Shown piece after piece: positions 1 to 8,988 of a stretch of 50,995 bases of DNA. Position numbers and translations under genes: made by a program. A model generated the notes under the pieces. The model searched no databases and was not told the DNA's origin. It saw nothing but the letters and a program-made list of their open reading frames with translations. Numbering within the stretch: the stretch's first letter is position 1; the number at the start of each line of letters is the position of its first letter. Source of the DNA: an uncultured bacterium (GTDB taxonomy: Bacteria > Myxococcota_A > UBA9160 > SMWR01); assembly GCA_937937315.1 (NCBI GenBank), contig CALDCK010000047.1, positions 1 through 50,995 of the forward strand, read 5' to 3'.

Positions 1-1
1 G

Positions 2-442
2 CACCAGTGCGCGAGCGCCTCGAAGCAGAGCTCGAGCGCGGCTGGCTCGACCACGATGGTCGACCTCGCGGATGTCATCCCGAGCGCGATGGGTGAGCTC
101 GCCGCACGGGCCTATCGGAGCCTTGACCTTTCATCCCTCCACCCCACATTCTTCAGTTGCGTCGTGACGAACGTGGCTGGCCCGGGAGATCCGCTCTTTC
201 TGGCAGGCTCGCGCATGACCGCCTGCTACGGGCTCGGGCCGATCTTCGACGGCGTTGGCCTGATTCACCCGGTTCTGAGCTACGACGGCGGCATCACGAT
301 CTCGTTCACGAGCTGTCCGGAGATGCTCCCGAACCCCGCACGCTACGAGGAGCTGCTCCGGGAGGCCTTCGAGGAGCTGGCGATCGCAGCCGGAGCGCGA
401 GGCACCGCGGACGTTCCAGCGACAGAGGGGTGCGGGCGATGA
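2..442 (+). CDS. WS/DGAT family O-acyltransferase, C-terminal part (5'-truncated by window)
   Basis: VVTNVAGP..LFLAGSRM..YGLGPIFDGVGL..V.SYDG.ITISFTSC.EM.P resembles WS_DGAT_C and the C-terminus of the 31360 paralogue; frame open from the window edge. Confidence 0.8.
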   Translation, partial: HQCASASKQSSSAAGSTTMVDLADVIPSAMGELAARAYRSLDLSSLHPTFFSCVVTNVAGPGDPLFLAGSRMTACYGLGPIFDGVGLIHPVLSYDGGITISFTSCPEMLPNPARYEELLREAFEELAIAAGARGTADVPATEGCGR

Positions 443-1323
443 CCATCTCCCTCATCACCGGCACCAGCACGGGTATCGGGCTCGCTACGGCGATACGGCT
501 GGCGAAGGACGGTCACAGGGTCTACGCCAGCATGCGAGATCTCGAGAGGTCAGCTCCCTTGCGTGCAGCGGCCGAGGCCGCAGGTGTCGAGATTGAGGTC
601 GTCGCCCTCGACGTCGTCGTCGACGACTCGGTTCGCGATGCCGTCGCGAACATCCTCGAAAGGGAGGGCCGAGTCGACAATCTCGTGAACAACGCCGGAA
701 TCGACGAGGGAGATGCGTTGGAGGAGACGTCGCTCGGCACTTTTCGCGCCGTCATGGAGACGAACTTTCACGGCGCGATTCGTTGCATCCAAGCCGTGCT
801 TCCGGGGATGCGTACCCGAAGAAAAGGATGCATCGTCAACGTCAGCTCGCTCATGGGTCGCGTTCCCAGCTCGGGAGCGTCCGCCTACTGCGCCTCGAAG
901 GCAGCCCTCGAGGCCGCGAGCGAGTCCCTCGCTGCGGAGGTCTCGGCCTTCGACATACGCGTCGTTCTCGTCGAGCCGGGGCTCGTCTTGACGCCCATCT
1001 TCGCGAAGCGACGGCTCCCAGCCGCCGGCTCTCCCTACGCCGATCTGTATCGGCGGAGCCTGGCGCTCTTTCCGAAGCTCATCGAAAGCGGGTCCACCGC
1101 GGAGGACACCGCGGATGTGATCGCCCGGGCCATCCACACGAGCGAGCCACACCTCCGCTATCTCGTAGGCCGGGACGCCGAGACCATTCTGGCAAAGCGC
1201 GCGAGGATGACCGACGAGGACTTCGTCGCCATGGGCCGGTGTGAGAGCGATGAGGACTTCTACGTGGCTTTCGCGAGACACTTTGGCATCGACGTCCGAC
1301 CCGGTGATCGAACGGCGTCCTAG
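439..1323 (+). CDS. SDR family oxidoreductase (17-beta-HSD-like classical SDR)
   Basis: ITGTSTGIG, NNAG, YCASK motifs; ATG at 439 overlaps upstream TGA (ATGA). Confidence 0.93.
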   Translation: MTISLITGTSTGIGLATAIRLAKDGHRVYASMRDLERSAPLRAAAEAAGVEIEVVALDVVVDDSVRDAVANILEREGRVDNLVNNAGIDEGDALEETSLGTFRAVMETNFHGAIRCIQAVLPGMRTRRKGCIVNVSSLMGRVPSSGASAYCASKAALEAASESLAAEVSAFDIRVVLVEPGLVLTPIFAKRRLPAAGSPYADLYRRSLALFPKLIESGSTAEDTADVIARAIHTSEPHLRYLVGRDAETILAKRARMTDEDFVAMGRCESDEDFYVAFARHFGIDVRPGDRTAS

Positions 1324-1421
1324 CCAAACCCGCTGCCTGCCCCCGGTGCCGAGCTCTAGTCGATCAGCGCGATGTCGTTCGCCATCAGGATCACGATGCG
1401 TCGAGAGGCCCGAGAGGCGGC

Positions 1422-4400
1422 TCACGCCGTGAGCTCGACCTCTAGCCGTGCGGCGTGGGCCGGTGCGCCGATCGCTTCGTAGCCCTGCTGCGCCTCGCGC
1501 AACAGCTCCCGGCGTGCATCGTCGTCTCCCAGAACTCCAGCGAGCTCGGCGCGCCACTCGCAGAGTCCGGGGGCGAGGGTGGTCGAGCCCGTCCGCTCGA
1601 TCAGTGCGGCGGCTTCCGCGAGAGCGGCTTCGACGCCGTCCCGAGCGGGTGCTCCTTCGCTGCGAAGCAGCGCGCGCGCCAGTACGCCATGGGCCGCGGC
1701 TTCGAAGTTTGCGCGCAGCGAGCGCCGGCAGAGGGCGATCGCCTCGGCGGCGGCCGGCCGAGCGCCCGAGAGATCGCCGCTCTCGAGCAGTGCTTCGGCC
1801 AGGATCCACGCGGTCCTGCCGGCATGCTGCTTCTCGACTCTCCCCAGGATCTCGAGAGCGGTCCGCGCCGGCGCGATCGCGTCCGTGGCGCGCCCGGCCG
1901 CCAGGTGTGCGTACGCGACGGAGTGCTGTGCGTGCGCGACCATCACCGGATGCTCGCCCAGCTGGAGGCTCACCTCCTCGACCTGACGGGCGATTGCGAG
2001 CAGTCGATCCGCGTCGTGGGCGTGATAGTAGACCTCGCTGATGAAGGACAGGGCGTAGCCGACCATCTCCAGCGTGTCGTCCTCCTCAGAAAGACGTCGA
2101 CAGCGGTTCAGCTCCTCGGCCGCTTCCGGGAGGCGGCCGGTCCACGCGAGGGCGTAGCCGCGCCAGATCGAATACCAGCTGTGGGGACTGACGCCGATGC
2201 TCCACTCATCCGGCGGGATACTCCGCGGGAAGCGCTGGAGCCCTTCTTCTGCCGCCTGGAGGGACTCCCCGAATCGCGCGGCGAAGCCCAGTGAATCGGC
2301 ACGGTATCCCCAGGCATTCGCCTGGGTCGGGACGTGATCGAGCTCGAGCGCTGCGCGCTGGTTCTCGATGGCCGCCTCTACGTACGCCCCCACGTCGCCT
2401 TCGGCACAGAGCGCACGGGCATGGCTGATCGACAGCCTCGCGTGGGCACGTCGGTCCCCGAGCACATCGGCGAGGGCCTTCCCTTCGTCGAGGATCTGGC
2501 GGGCCTCCTCGAGGCCCATGCCGACGCGCCAGCTCATGTTCAAGGTCTGGGCGCAAGCCGCGAGACCGAGCTCGGCAGCCTCACGATCCCCCGGTAGCGC
2601 GCGGAGCAGAACCCGCACCCGCGCCCAGTGATGCATCGCTGCGGCAACGTCGGTCGTGCCAACCCACTCGGCAGCGCGCCGGTGCCAGCGTGCGGCCGGG
2701 AGCGCGGCACCGGCCTCCTCGTAGTGGTGCGCGAGTAGGGGGGCACGTTCTTCGAGATGCTCCGCGTACTGATGCTCGATCGCACGCGCCACAGCGGCGT
2801 GGACCGATCGGCGCCGCTCCTTGAGCTGGCTGCCCAGCGCGACCTCCTGGGTCAGCGGATGCTTGAACGAGTACTCCGTGACCGGGTAGATCGCCTGCTC
2901 GTGGATGAACTCCGCATCCTGTAGGGCGGCCAGCGCCGCCTTCAGGCCTTCGAGGGGTTCCTCCGCGACCTCCACCAGGAGCGGCTCGGAGAAGTCCTTA
3001 CCGATGACCGACGCCACCTGGAGCAGTCGCTTCTCGCGCTCCGGAAGCCGATCGATGCGCGCGGCCAGCACCGCGTGTACGGTGGCCGGGACCTCGAGGC
3101 GATCGATCGGCGTCACCAGTCGGTACGAGCCGCGCTCCCCCTCGAGATGCCCCGACTCGATCAGGGTCTGTGCGACCTCCTCGGTAAAGAAGGGATTCCC
3201 GCCGGTGCGGGCGTGGATCGGGCCGGCCAGTGGCGCGAGGCTCGGGTCGGTGCCGAGCAGGTCCGCGAGCAGCTCTGCAATCGCCTCCTCGCCCAGCGGT
3301 GTCAGCGGAATCTGTCGGTACCAGGACCTCCGCATCCAGTCGGCGTGGTACTCCGGGCGGAAGTTCACGAGCATCAGGCTGCGGCTGCCGGAGCGCGCGT
3401 CGACCATGTGCTCCAGGAACTCTCCGCTCGCCGCGTCGAGCCAGTGCAGGTCCTCGATCAGCGTGATCATCGTCTGGGACTCGCTCACGCTTTGGATCAC
3501 CTGGCGCATCACGGCGAGCAGCTGACGCTGTCGTGCTTCCGGGTCGAGCCGAGGCGCCGGGCGCTCCGGATCCGCGACGCCGAGGAAGTCGAAGAGCAGA
3601 GGCAGCGCGTCCGCGAAGTTCTGGTCGAGCAGCACCATCCGACCGGCGATCCTCTCGCGAGCGGTCCGATCGTCGTCCTCCGCAGTGATCCCGAAGTAGG
3701 CGCGGAATACCTCGAGGATGGGCAGTAGGGGGATGTTCTTGCCGTGTGCAACAGCGCGGCCCTCGAACACGCGCATGCCCTGGGCGCGGCAGCGCTCCAG
3801 GAACTCGAAGCACAGCCGGCTCTTGCCGGTTCCCGCCTCGGCGACGACCCCCACGACCTGACCGTTGCCTTCGGCCGACTGCTCGAGGGCGTCGTCGAGG
3901 GTGCGCAGGTCGGCCGCCCGGCCCACGAAGCGCGAGAGCCCCCGCGCGCGGGAGATGTCGAAGCGCGTGCGCGATTCGCCGAGGCCAGCGAGGCGATGGA
4001 CGTGTACGGGTTCGCCGACACCCTTCACACGGAACTCGCCGAGGTCCTCGAGTGCGAAGTAGCCGCCGGCCAGCGCGGCCGTCGCCGCCGTCAGGTAGCA
4101 GGAGTTCGGCTCGGCGAGGGCCTCCATGCGCTGTGCGAGACCCACGGTGTGCCCCTGGGCGGTGTAATCCATGCGCAGGTCGTCGCCGATGCTCGCGACC
4201 ACGACCTCGCCCGAGTGGATGCCCATCCGCGTGGAGAAGCCGAGCCCGTGTTCCCGCTTCACCTCCGTGGCGTAGCGCGAGACTTCCTCACGCAACTGCA
4301 GCGCCGCGAAGCAGGCTCGCTGCGCGTGGTCCTCGTGGGCGATCGGTGCGCCGAAGAGCGCCATGATTCCGTCACCGGTGTACTGGTTGACCGTGCCTTC

Positions 4401-4793
4401 GAAGCGGTGGACGCCTTCGGTCAGGATCTCGAAGAAGCGCTCGAGGATGCGGTGCCACTGTTCGGGATCGAGCTGCTCGGCCAACTCCATCGAGCCCTTC
4501 ACATCGGCGAAGAGCACGGTCACCTGCTTGCGCTCCCCTTCGAGTGCGGACTTGCTCTGCAGGATCCGGTCGACGAGGTGCTTGGGCGTGTAGTCGCGGG
4601 GACTTCGTGCAGATTCCCCGGCGGCGGCCGGTGGGGCGGCACTGTCCACCGGATGCGCGCACTCGTCGCAGAAGCGGGCGCCCGGGCGGAGCCCGGTCCC
4701 ACAGCTGGCGCAGCTCGGTGCGAGCGGCGTCGCGCACGCTTCGCAGAACTTCGCCGAATCCCGATTCTCGTGCCCGCAGCCGGAGCAGTTCAT
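1422..4793 (-). CDS. Class III nucleotide cyclase with N-terminal double zinc ribbon, STAND/AAA ATPase and C-terminal TPR-like repeats
   Basis: CSGC/CEAC/CASC/CDEC; FADVKGS and TGDG metal-binding Asp; Walker A AEAGTGKS; Walker B LIEDLHW; GGNPFF; helical C-terminus; ATG at 4793 preferred over 4802. Confidence 0.93.
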   Translation of the reverse strand: MNCSGCGHENRDSAKFCEACATPLAPSCASCGTGLRPGARFCDECAHPVDSAAPPAAAGESARSPRDYTPKHLVDRILQSKSALEGERKQVTVLFADVKGSMELAEQLDPEQWHRILERFFEILTEGVHRFEGTVNQYTGDGIMALFGAPIAHEDHAQRACFAALQLREEVSRYATEVKREHGLGFSTRMGIHSGEVVVASIGDDLRMDYTAQGHTVGLAQRMEALAEPNSCYLTAATAALAGGYFALEDLGEFRVKGVGEPVHVHRLAGLGESRTRFDISRARGLSRFVGRAADLRTLDDALEQSAEGNGQVVGVVAEAGTGKSRLCFEFLERCRAQGMRVFEGRAVAHGKNIPLLPILEVFRAYFGITAEDDDRTARERIAGRMVLLDQNFADALPLLFDFLGVADPERPAPRLDPEARQRQLLAVMRQVIQSVSESQTMITLIEDLHWLDAASGEFLEHMVDARSGSRSLMLVNFRPEYHADWMRRSWYRQIPLTPLGEEAIAELLADLLGTDPSLAPLAGPIHARTGGNPFFTEEVAQTLIESGHLEGERGSYRLVTPIDRLEVPATVHAVLAARIDRLPEREKRLLQVASVIGKDFSEPLLVEVAEEPLEGLKAALAALQDAEFIHEQAIYPVTEYSFKHPLTQEVALGSQLKERRRSVHAAVARAIEHQYAEHLEERAPLLAHHYEEAGAALPAARWHRRAAEWVGTTDVAAAMHHWARVRVLLRALPGDREAAELGLAACAQTLNMSWRVGMGLEEARQILDEGKALADVLGDRRAHARLSISHARALCAEGDVGAYVEAAIENQRAALELDHVPTQANAWGYRADSLGFAARFGESLQAAEEGLQRFPRSIPPDEWSIGVSPHSWYSIWRGYALAWTGRLPEAAEELNRCRRLSEEDDTLEMVGYALSFISEVYYHAHDADRLLAIARQVEEVSLQLGEHPVMVAHAQHSVAYAHLAAGRATDAIAPARTALEILGRVEKQHAGRTAWILAEALLESGDLSGARPAAAEAIALCRRSLRANFEAAAHGVLARALLRSEGAPARDGVEAALAEAAALIERTGSTTLAPGLCEWRAELAGVLGDDDARRELLREAQQGYEAIGAPAHAARLEVELTA
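4422..4508. repeat. 87-bp perfect inverted repeat, copy A (partner 5750-5836), inside about 190 bp of near-identity
   Basis: Reverse complement of 4422-4508 equals 5750-5836 (gccgatgtgaagggctcg...ttcgagatcctg), compared by hand. Confidence 0.9.
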
Positions 4794-4904
4794 GGGTTCC
4801 ACTCTACCCCGAGGAGATGCAGAAGTGGCGCATCGTTCGGCCCCGGCTGGAATCGGGTCTCGAGACGAGAGGTCGGCGCAACCGCCGCCTGCATCGCGTG
4901 TAGG

Positions 4905-5290
4905 TCACGCTTCGATCGACCTCGCGCAATCCTCCCAGCCGTTGACTCCGATCTCCGAGAAACGCTGCCGCGCGTCGGCGAGGCCGCGTGCCATGGCGTC
5001 GTCATCGCCTTGCATGCGGGCGAGCCCCGCTCGCTCGAGCAGGATGTGCGGAAGGGGGCCGACGACCTCTCCGCGATCGACGAAGAGAGCGTGGGTGCCG
5101 TCGATCCGGGCCTGCAGCTCGTCCTGTTGCTCCGGCCCCCCGACCCTGCGCAGGACCCGCTCGGCGTCTCCGAGGACCCAGCAGGCCTGGCACTCCGCCG
5201 AGGCCGGTCGCTGAGCGAGGCGTTCGCCGGCGCAGGTTCGAGGCCCCCTCGACCGAGTCGAGCGCCGCGCGAGGCGGCGAGCGTATCTCG
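4905..5290 (-). pseudogene. Start-less C-terminal relic of a third cyclase-STAND-TPR paralogue
   Basis: Manual translation ...ECQACWVLGDAERVLRRVGGPEQQDELQARIDGTHALF...PHILLERAGLARMQGDDDAMARGLADARQRFSEIGVNGWEDCARSIEA* aligns with the last ~100 aa of both flanking cyclases; no plausible start upstream; 5' boundary approximate. Confidence 0.7.
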
Positions 5291-5422
5291 GGCGGGGGCG
5301 CCTGTCGCCCGGTATCAGACCGATCGGGCCATCGTGCCGGTCCGTCGGCCGGCTCGGTCCTTCTCACACTTCGCTCGCGCCGCGGCGTCCTTCCCCTCGG
5401 CGGTGGGTGTAGAATCGGTTCG

Positions 5423-8400
5423 ATGAGCTTCTTGAAGACGATCGAGGCGGCCCGGGCGTTCCTGGAACGCAACGAGCGGGTGTCGCTCCGCGCCCTCCAA
5501 CGCGAGTTCGCCCTCGATGACGACGAGCTGGAAGAGCTGATCGAGGAGCTGGTCGAGATCCAGAGGGTCGCGGTCCGGGACGGACGCGCCATCGCCAGGG
5601 TGGGAAGCTCTCCGCCGAGCCCGGCTCCAGCCGGGCCCCAGGAGTCCGAGCGGACGCCACGTGACTACACGCCGAAGCACCTGGCCGAGAAGATCCTTCG
5701 ATCGAGATCCGCACTGGAAGGCGAGCGCAAGCAGGTGACCGTGATGTTTGCCGATGTGAAGGGCTCGATGGAGTTGGCCGAGCAGCTCGATCCCGAACAG
5801 TGGCACCGCATCCTCGAGCGCTTCTTCGAGATCCTGGCCGAGGGCGTCCACCGCTTCGAAGGCACGGTCAACCAGTACACCGGCGACGGAATCATGGCGC
5901 TCTTCGGCGCACCGATCGCTCACGAGGATCACGCGCATCGGGCCTGCTATGCCGCGCTGCAGCTGCGCGACACCGTGCGGGACTACGCCAACGAGGTCCG
6001 GGTGCAGTACGGGGTCCCGTTTGGCGTCCGTATCGGGATCAACTCGGGCGAAGTCGTCGTGGGTCGGATCGGTGACGACCTGCGCATGGACTACACCGCG
6101 CAGGGGCAGACCGTCGGCCTCGCCCAGCGGATGGAGGCGCTCGCCGAGTCGGGGCATATCTGCCTCTCCGAGCACAGCGAGCGGCTCGTCACGGGCTACT
6201 TCGAGCTCCAGGACCTTGGACGCATGCAGGTCAAGGGAGTGGCGGAGCCCGTCGGCCTCTTCGATCTCGAAGGCGTCGGTGCGTTTCGCACTCGTCTCGA
6301 TCGCTCCCGAGCGCGCGGGCTCTCGAGCTTCGTCGGCCGCGACCGCGATATGGCCACGCTCGAGGCGGCCCTCGAACGCGCTCGCGGTGGCAGTGGTCAG
6401 GTGGTGGGCGTGGTGGCCGACGCGGGCACCGGCAAGTCTCGTTTGTGTGCCGAGTTCCTCGACGGATGCCGCGCACAGGGGATTCCGATCTTCGAGGGGC
6501 GTGGCGTCGCCCACGGCAAGTCGATCCCCATGCTGCCGATGCTCGAGCTCTGGCGGGCCTACTACGGGATCTCCGACGGAGATACCCCGGAAACCACACG
6601 CGACAAGATCGCTGGGCGCCTGCTGCTCATGAACGAAAGCTTCCGCGAATCCCTGCCCTTCGTCTTCGATCTCTTCGGCGTACCAGACCCGGCGAACCCG
6701 GCCCCGGCGATCGACCCGGAGCAGAGACAGAAGCGCCTGCACGGCGTCGTCAAGCAGGTGTTTCACGATCCCGCCTACGGCGGCACGCGCGTGATGCTGC
6801 TCGAGGATCTCCACTGGTTCGATGGCGCGAGCGATGGCTTCCTCGAGACCACGATCGAGAGCGCACCCGCGACCCGCGATCTCGTGCTCTTGAACTTTCG
6901 GCCCGAGTACCAGGCGGACTGGATGCAGCGTTCCTACTACCAGCAGCTTCCGCTTCAACCGCTCGCGCCAGAGGCGATCCGCGCCTTCCTGCGCGATCAG
7001 CTCGGTGAGGATCCGAGTGTGGCCGCGCTGCCCGAGATGATCCACGAGCGGACCAAGGGCAATCCGTTCTTCATCGAAGAGGTCGTGCAGTCGCTGGTGG
7101 AGAGCGGCCACCTCGCGGGAACCCGAGGTGCCTACCGCCTGACGAGTGCGGTCGAAGCGCTCGAGGTTCCGGCGAGCGTGCAGGCCGTGCTGGCGGCGCG
7201 GATCGACCGCTTGCCGGAGCGCGAGAAGCAGCTGCTTCAGACGGCGGCAGCAATCGGTAAGAGCTTCCCGGAGACGTTGCTCCGCCAGGTCATCGCCCGG
7301 GTTTCGGAGCTCGACGAGACCGAGCTCAATCGAGCCCTCTCGGCCCTCGTCGCGGCCGAGTTCCTGTTCGAAGCGGCGCTCTATCCGCAGCTCGAGTACT
7401 CCTTCAAGCACCCGCTCACCCAGGAGGTGGCGCAGGGTTCGCAGCTCCGTGAGCGGCGAGTGCGTGTACACGCGGCGGTGGCGCAGGCCTTCGAGGAAGC
7501 GGGCGGCAATCTAGGCGAGCACGCGGCTGAGATCGCGCAGCACTGGGAGGAAGCCGAAGACCGTGACCGTGCAGCGCGCTGGTGCCGCCGTGCGGCCGAG
7601 TGGGCCGGGCTCTCGGACCCGCGCGAAGGTCTACGGCACTGGCGCCGGGTGCGAGAGCTCGCACCGGGCATCGCGGACGAGAGGGAGCGCAACGACCTGA
7701 CGCTGCAAGCATGTCTTCAGCTCTTCAAGCTCGGTTGGCGGATGGGTGGCAGCGAAGCGGAGTCCGAGGCGGTCTTCAACGAGGGCTGCGCGGTCGCCGA
7801 GCGAGCAGGAGACAGACCCGCTTTGGCTCGGCTGGTCGGATTCTACGGGCTGATGCGGGCGCAGCACGCTGGATCGGCGATCGACTACGTTCGCTATGGC
7901 GAGGAAGCCGCAGCGATCGCCGCGGAGTGCGACGATCCGGCCCTGCGCGCCGGAATCGGAACGCTACCCGCATTCGGGCACTTCTACGTAGGCGACGGTC
8001 GAGCGGCGCTCGAGTGGTCGGAGCGGGTGCTGGCGGAGACCGGATCGGACGTCGCACTCGGCAAGGAGATCGCCGGCTATGGTCCGCGCGCGGCCATGCT
8101 CTTCAACCGGGCGAAGGCTCTCATCGATCTGGGGCGCCTGGCGGAGGCAGAGACTGCCCTTCATGAGGCGGATCGCGTGGCCGACGAATCCCAGGACCTG
8201 GAGGTCCTGGGTTGGGTGAAGTGGGCCTGGGCTGCTCTGGGCTACACGCGCGGCGGCCCCGAGTCCTTTCTGGAGCAAGGCGTTCATTGTCTCGAGATCG
8301 CCGAGAAGCTCGACAACGATTCCTCTCACGTGACCGCGCACTGGGCGCTCGGGGTGGCGTACCTGGTCGACGGAGAGTTCCGCGCCGCATGCGACGAGAT

Positions 8401-8851
8401 CGGCGTGGCGGCTGAGATCATTCGGTATCGAGGTGCCCAGCGCGCGTGGTTTCCCGTGGTTCTGTCGATGCTCGCGGAGGCCCATCTGGCACTCGGCGAG
8501 CCGGCCGAGGCGTTGGTCGCTGCCCGCGAGGCCATCGACCGGGGGAGCGCCGGCGGCAATCGTTTACCAGAGGCACAGGCGCACCTCGCACTGGCGGGTG
8601 CCATGCTGCTGACGGACGGGACCTTGCCTCGCGCGGAGATCGAGAGCGCCCTCGAGCGCGCCGAAGAGCACGTCGAGTCGATCTCGGCCCGCTCGCTGTC
8701 CCCGCGCATTCTCGAGATGCGCGGGCGTCTGGCGAACGCCCTAGGTGACGCGTCCGCTTCCGATCGCGCACTGCACGAGGCGCTCGACCTCTACCGCGCC
8801 ATCGGCGCTACGGGCCACACCGAGCGACTGGCGCAGGAACTCGGTGCCTGA
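5423..8851 (+). CDS. Class III nucleotide cyclase-STAND ATPase-TPR protein with short helical N-terminal domain
   Basis: Starts MSFLKTIEAARAFL; FADVKGS, TGDG, ADAGTGKS, LLEDLHW, KGNPFF; paralogue of 1422-4793. Confidence 0.93.
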   Translation: MSFLKTIEAARAFLERNERVSLRALQREFALDDDELEELIEELVEIQRVAVRDGRAIARVGSSPPSPAPAGPQESERTPRDYTPKHLAEKILRSRSALEGERKQVTVMFADVKGSMELAEQLDPEQWHRILERFFEILAEGVHRFEGTVNQYTGDGIMALFGAPIAHEDHAHRACYAALQLRDTVRDYANEVRVQYGVPFGVRIGINSGEVVVGRIGDDLRMDYTAQGQTVGLAQRMEALAESGHICLSEHSERLVTGYFELQDLGRMQVKGVAEPVGLFDLEGVGAFRTRLDRSRARGLSSFVGRDRDMATLEAALERARGGSGQVVGVVADAGTGKSRLCAEFLDGCRAQGIPIFEGRGVAHGKSIPMLPMLELWRAYYGISDGDTPETTRDKIAGRLLLMNESFRESLPFVFDLFGVPDPANPAPAIDPEQRQKRLHGVVKQVFHDPAYGGTRVMLLEDLHWFDGASDGFLETTIESAPATRDLVLLNFRPEYQADWMQRSYYQQLPLQPLAPEAIRAFLRDQLGEDPSVAALPEMIHERTKGNPFFIEEVVQSLVESGHLAGTRGAYRLTSAVEALEVPASVQAVLAARIDRLPEREKQLLQTAAAIGKSFPETLLRQVIARVSELDETELNRALSALVAAEFLFEAALYPQLEYSFKHPLTQEVAQGSQLRERRVRVHAAVAQAFEEAGGNLGEHAAEIAQHWEEAEDRDRAARWCRRAAEWAGLSDPREGLRHWRRVRELAPGIADERERNDLTLQACLQLFKLGWRMGGSEAESEAVFNEGCAVAERAGDRPALARLVGFYGLMRAQHAGSAIDYVRYGEEAAAIAAECDDPALRAGIGTLPAFGHFYVGDGRAALEWSERVLAETGSDVALGKEIAGYGPRAAMLFNRAKALIDLGRLAEAETALHEADRVADESQDLEVLGWVKWAWAALGYTRGGPESFLEQGVHCLEIAEKLDNDSSHVTAHWALGVAYLVDGEFRAACDEIGVAAEIIRYRGAQRAWFPVVLSMLAEAHLALGEPAEALVAAREAIDRGSAGGNRLPEAQAHLALAGAMLLTDGTLPRAEIESALERAEEHVESISARSLSPRILEMRGRLANALGDASASDRALHEALDLYRAIGATGHTERLAQELGA
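5750..5836. repeat. 87-bp perfect inverted repeat, copy B (partner 4422-4508)
   Basis: Direct sequence comparison. Confidence 0.9.
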
Positions 8852-8988
8852 GGCAGACAGGCGACGGAGCGACTCCGACTCGACGCGGTCCGTGTACTCG
8901 GCCACCAGAGCGTCCTGGGCTCTAGCCGCGGCCGGCTACCCGGGATAGGCTCGCGGTCTCGGCACCACCGCCGGAGCGAAGAGGCCCG

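Noticed and set aside
4988-5422. N-terminal extension of the second cyclase in the ORF track
   Set aside because: Low-complexity Arg-rich sequence overlapping the relic; ATG 5423 has a -10-like element and starts protein-like sequence
1422-8851. Cyclases as a CBASS/Pycsar-type defence operon
   Set aside because: No cyclic-nucleotide-binding effector adjacent; the patatin is 4.6 kb away and looks like an exported lipoprotein
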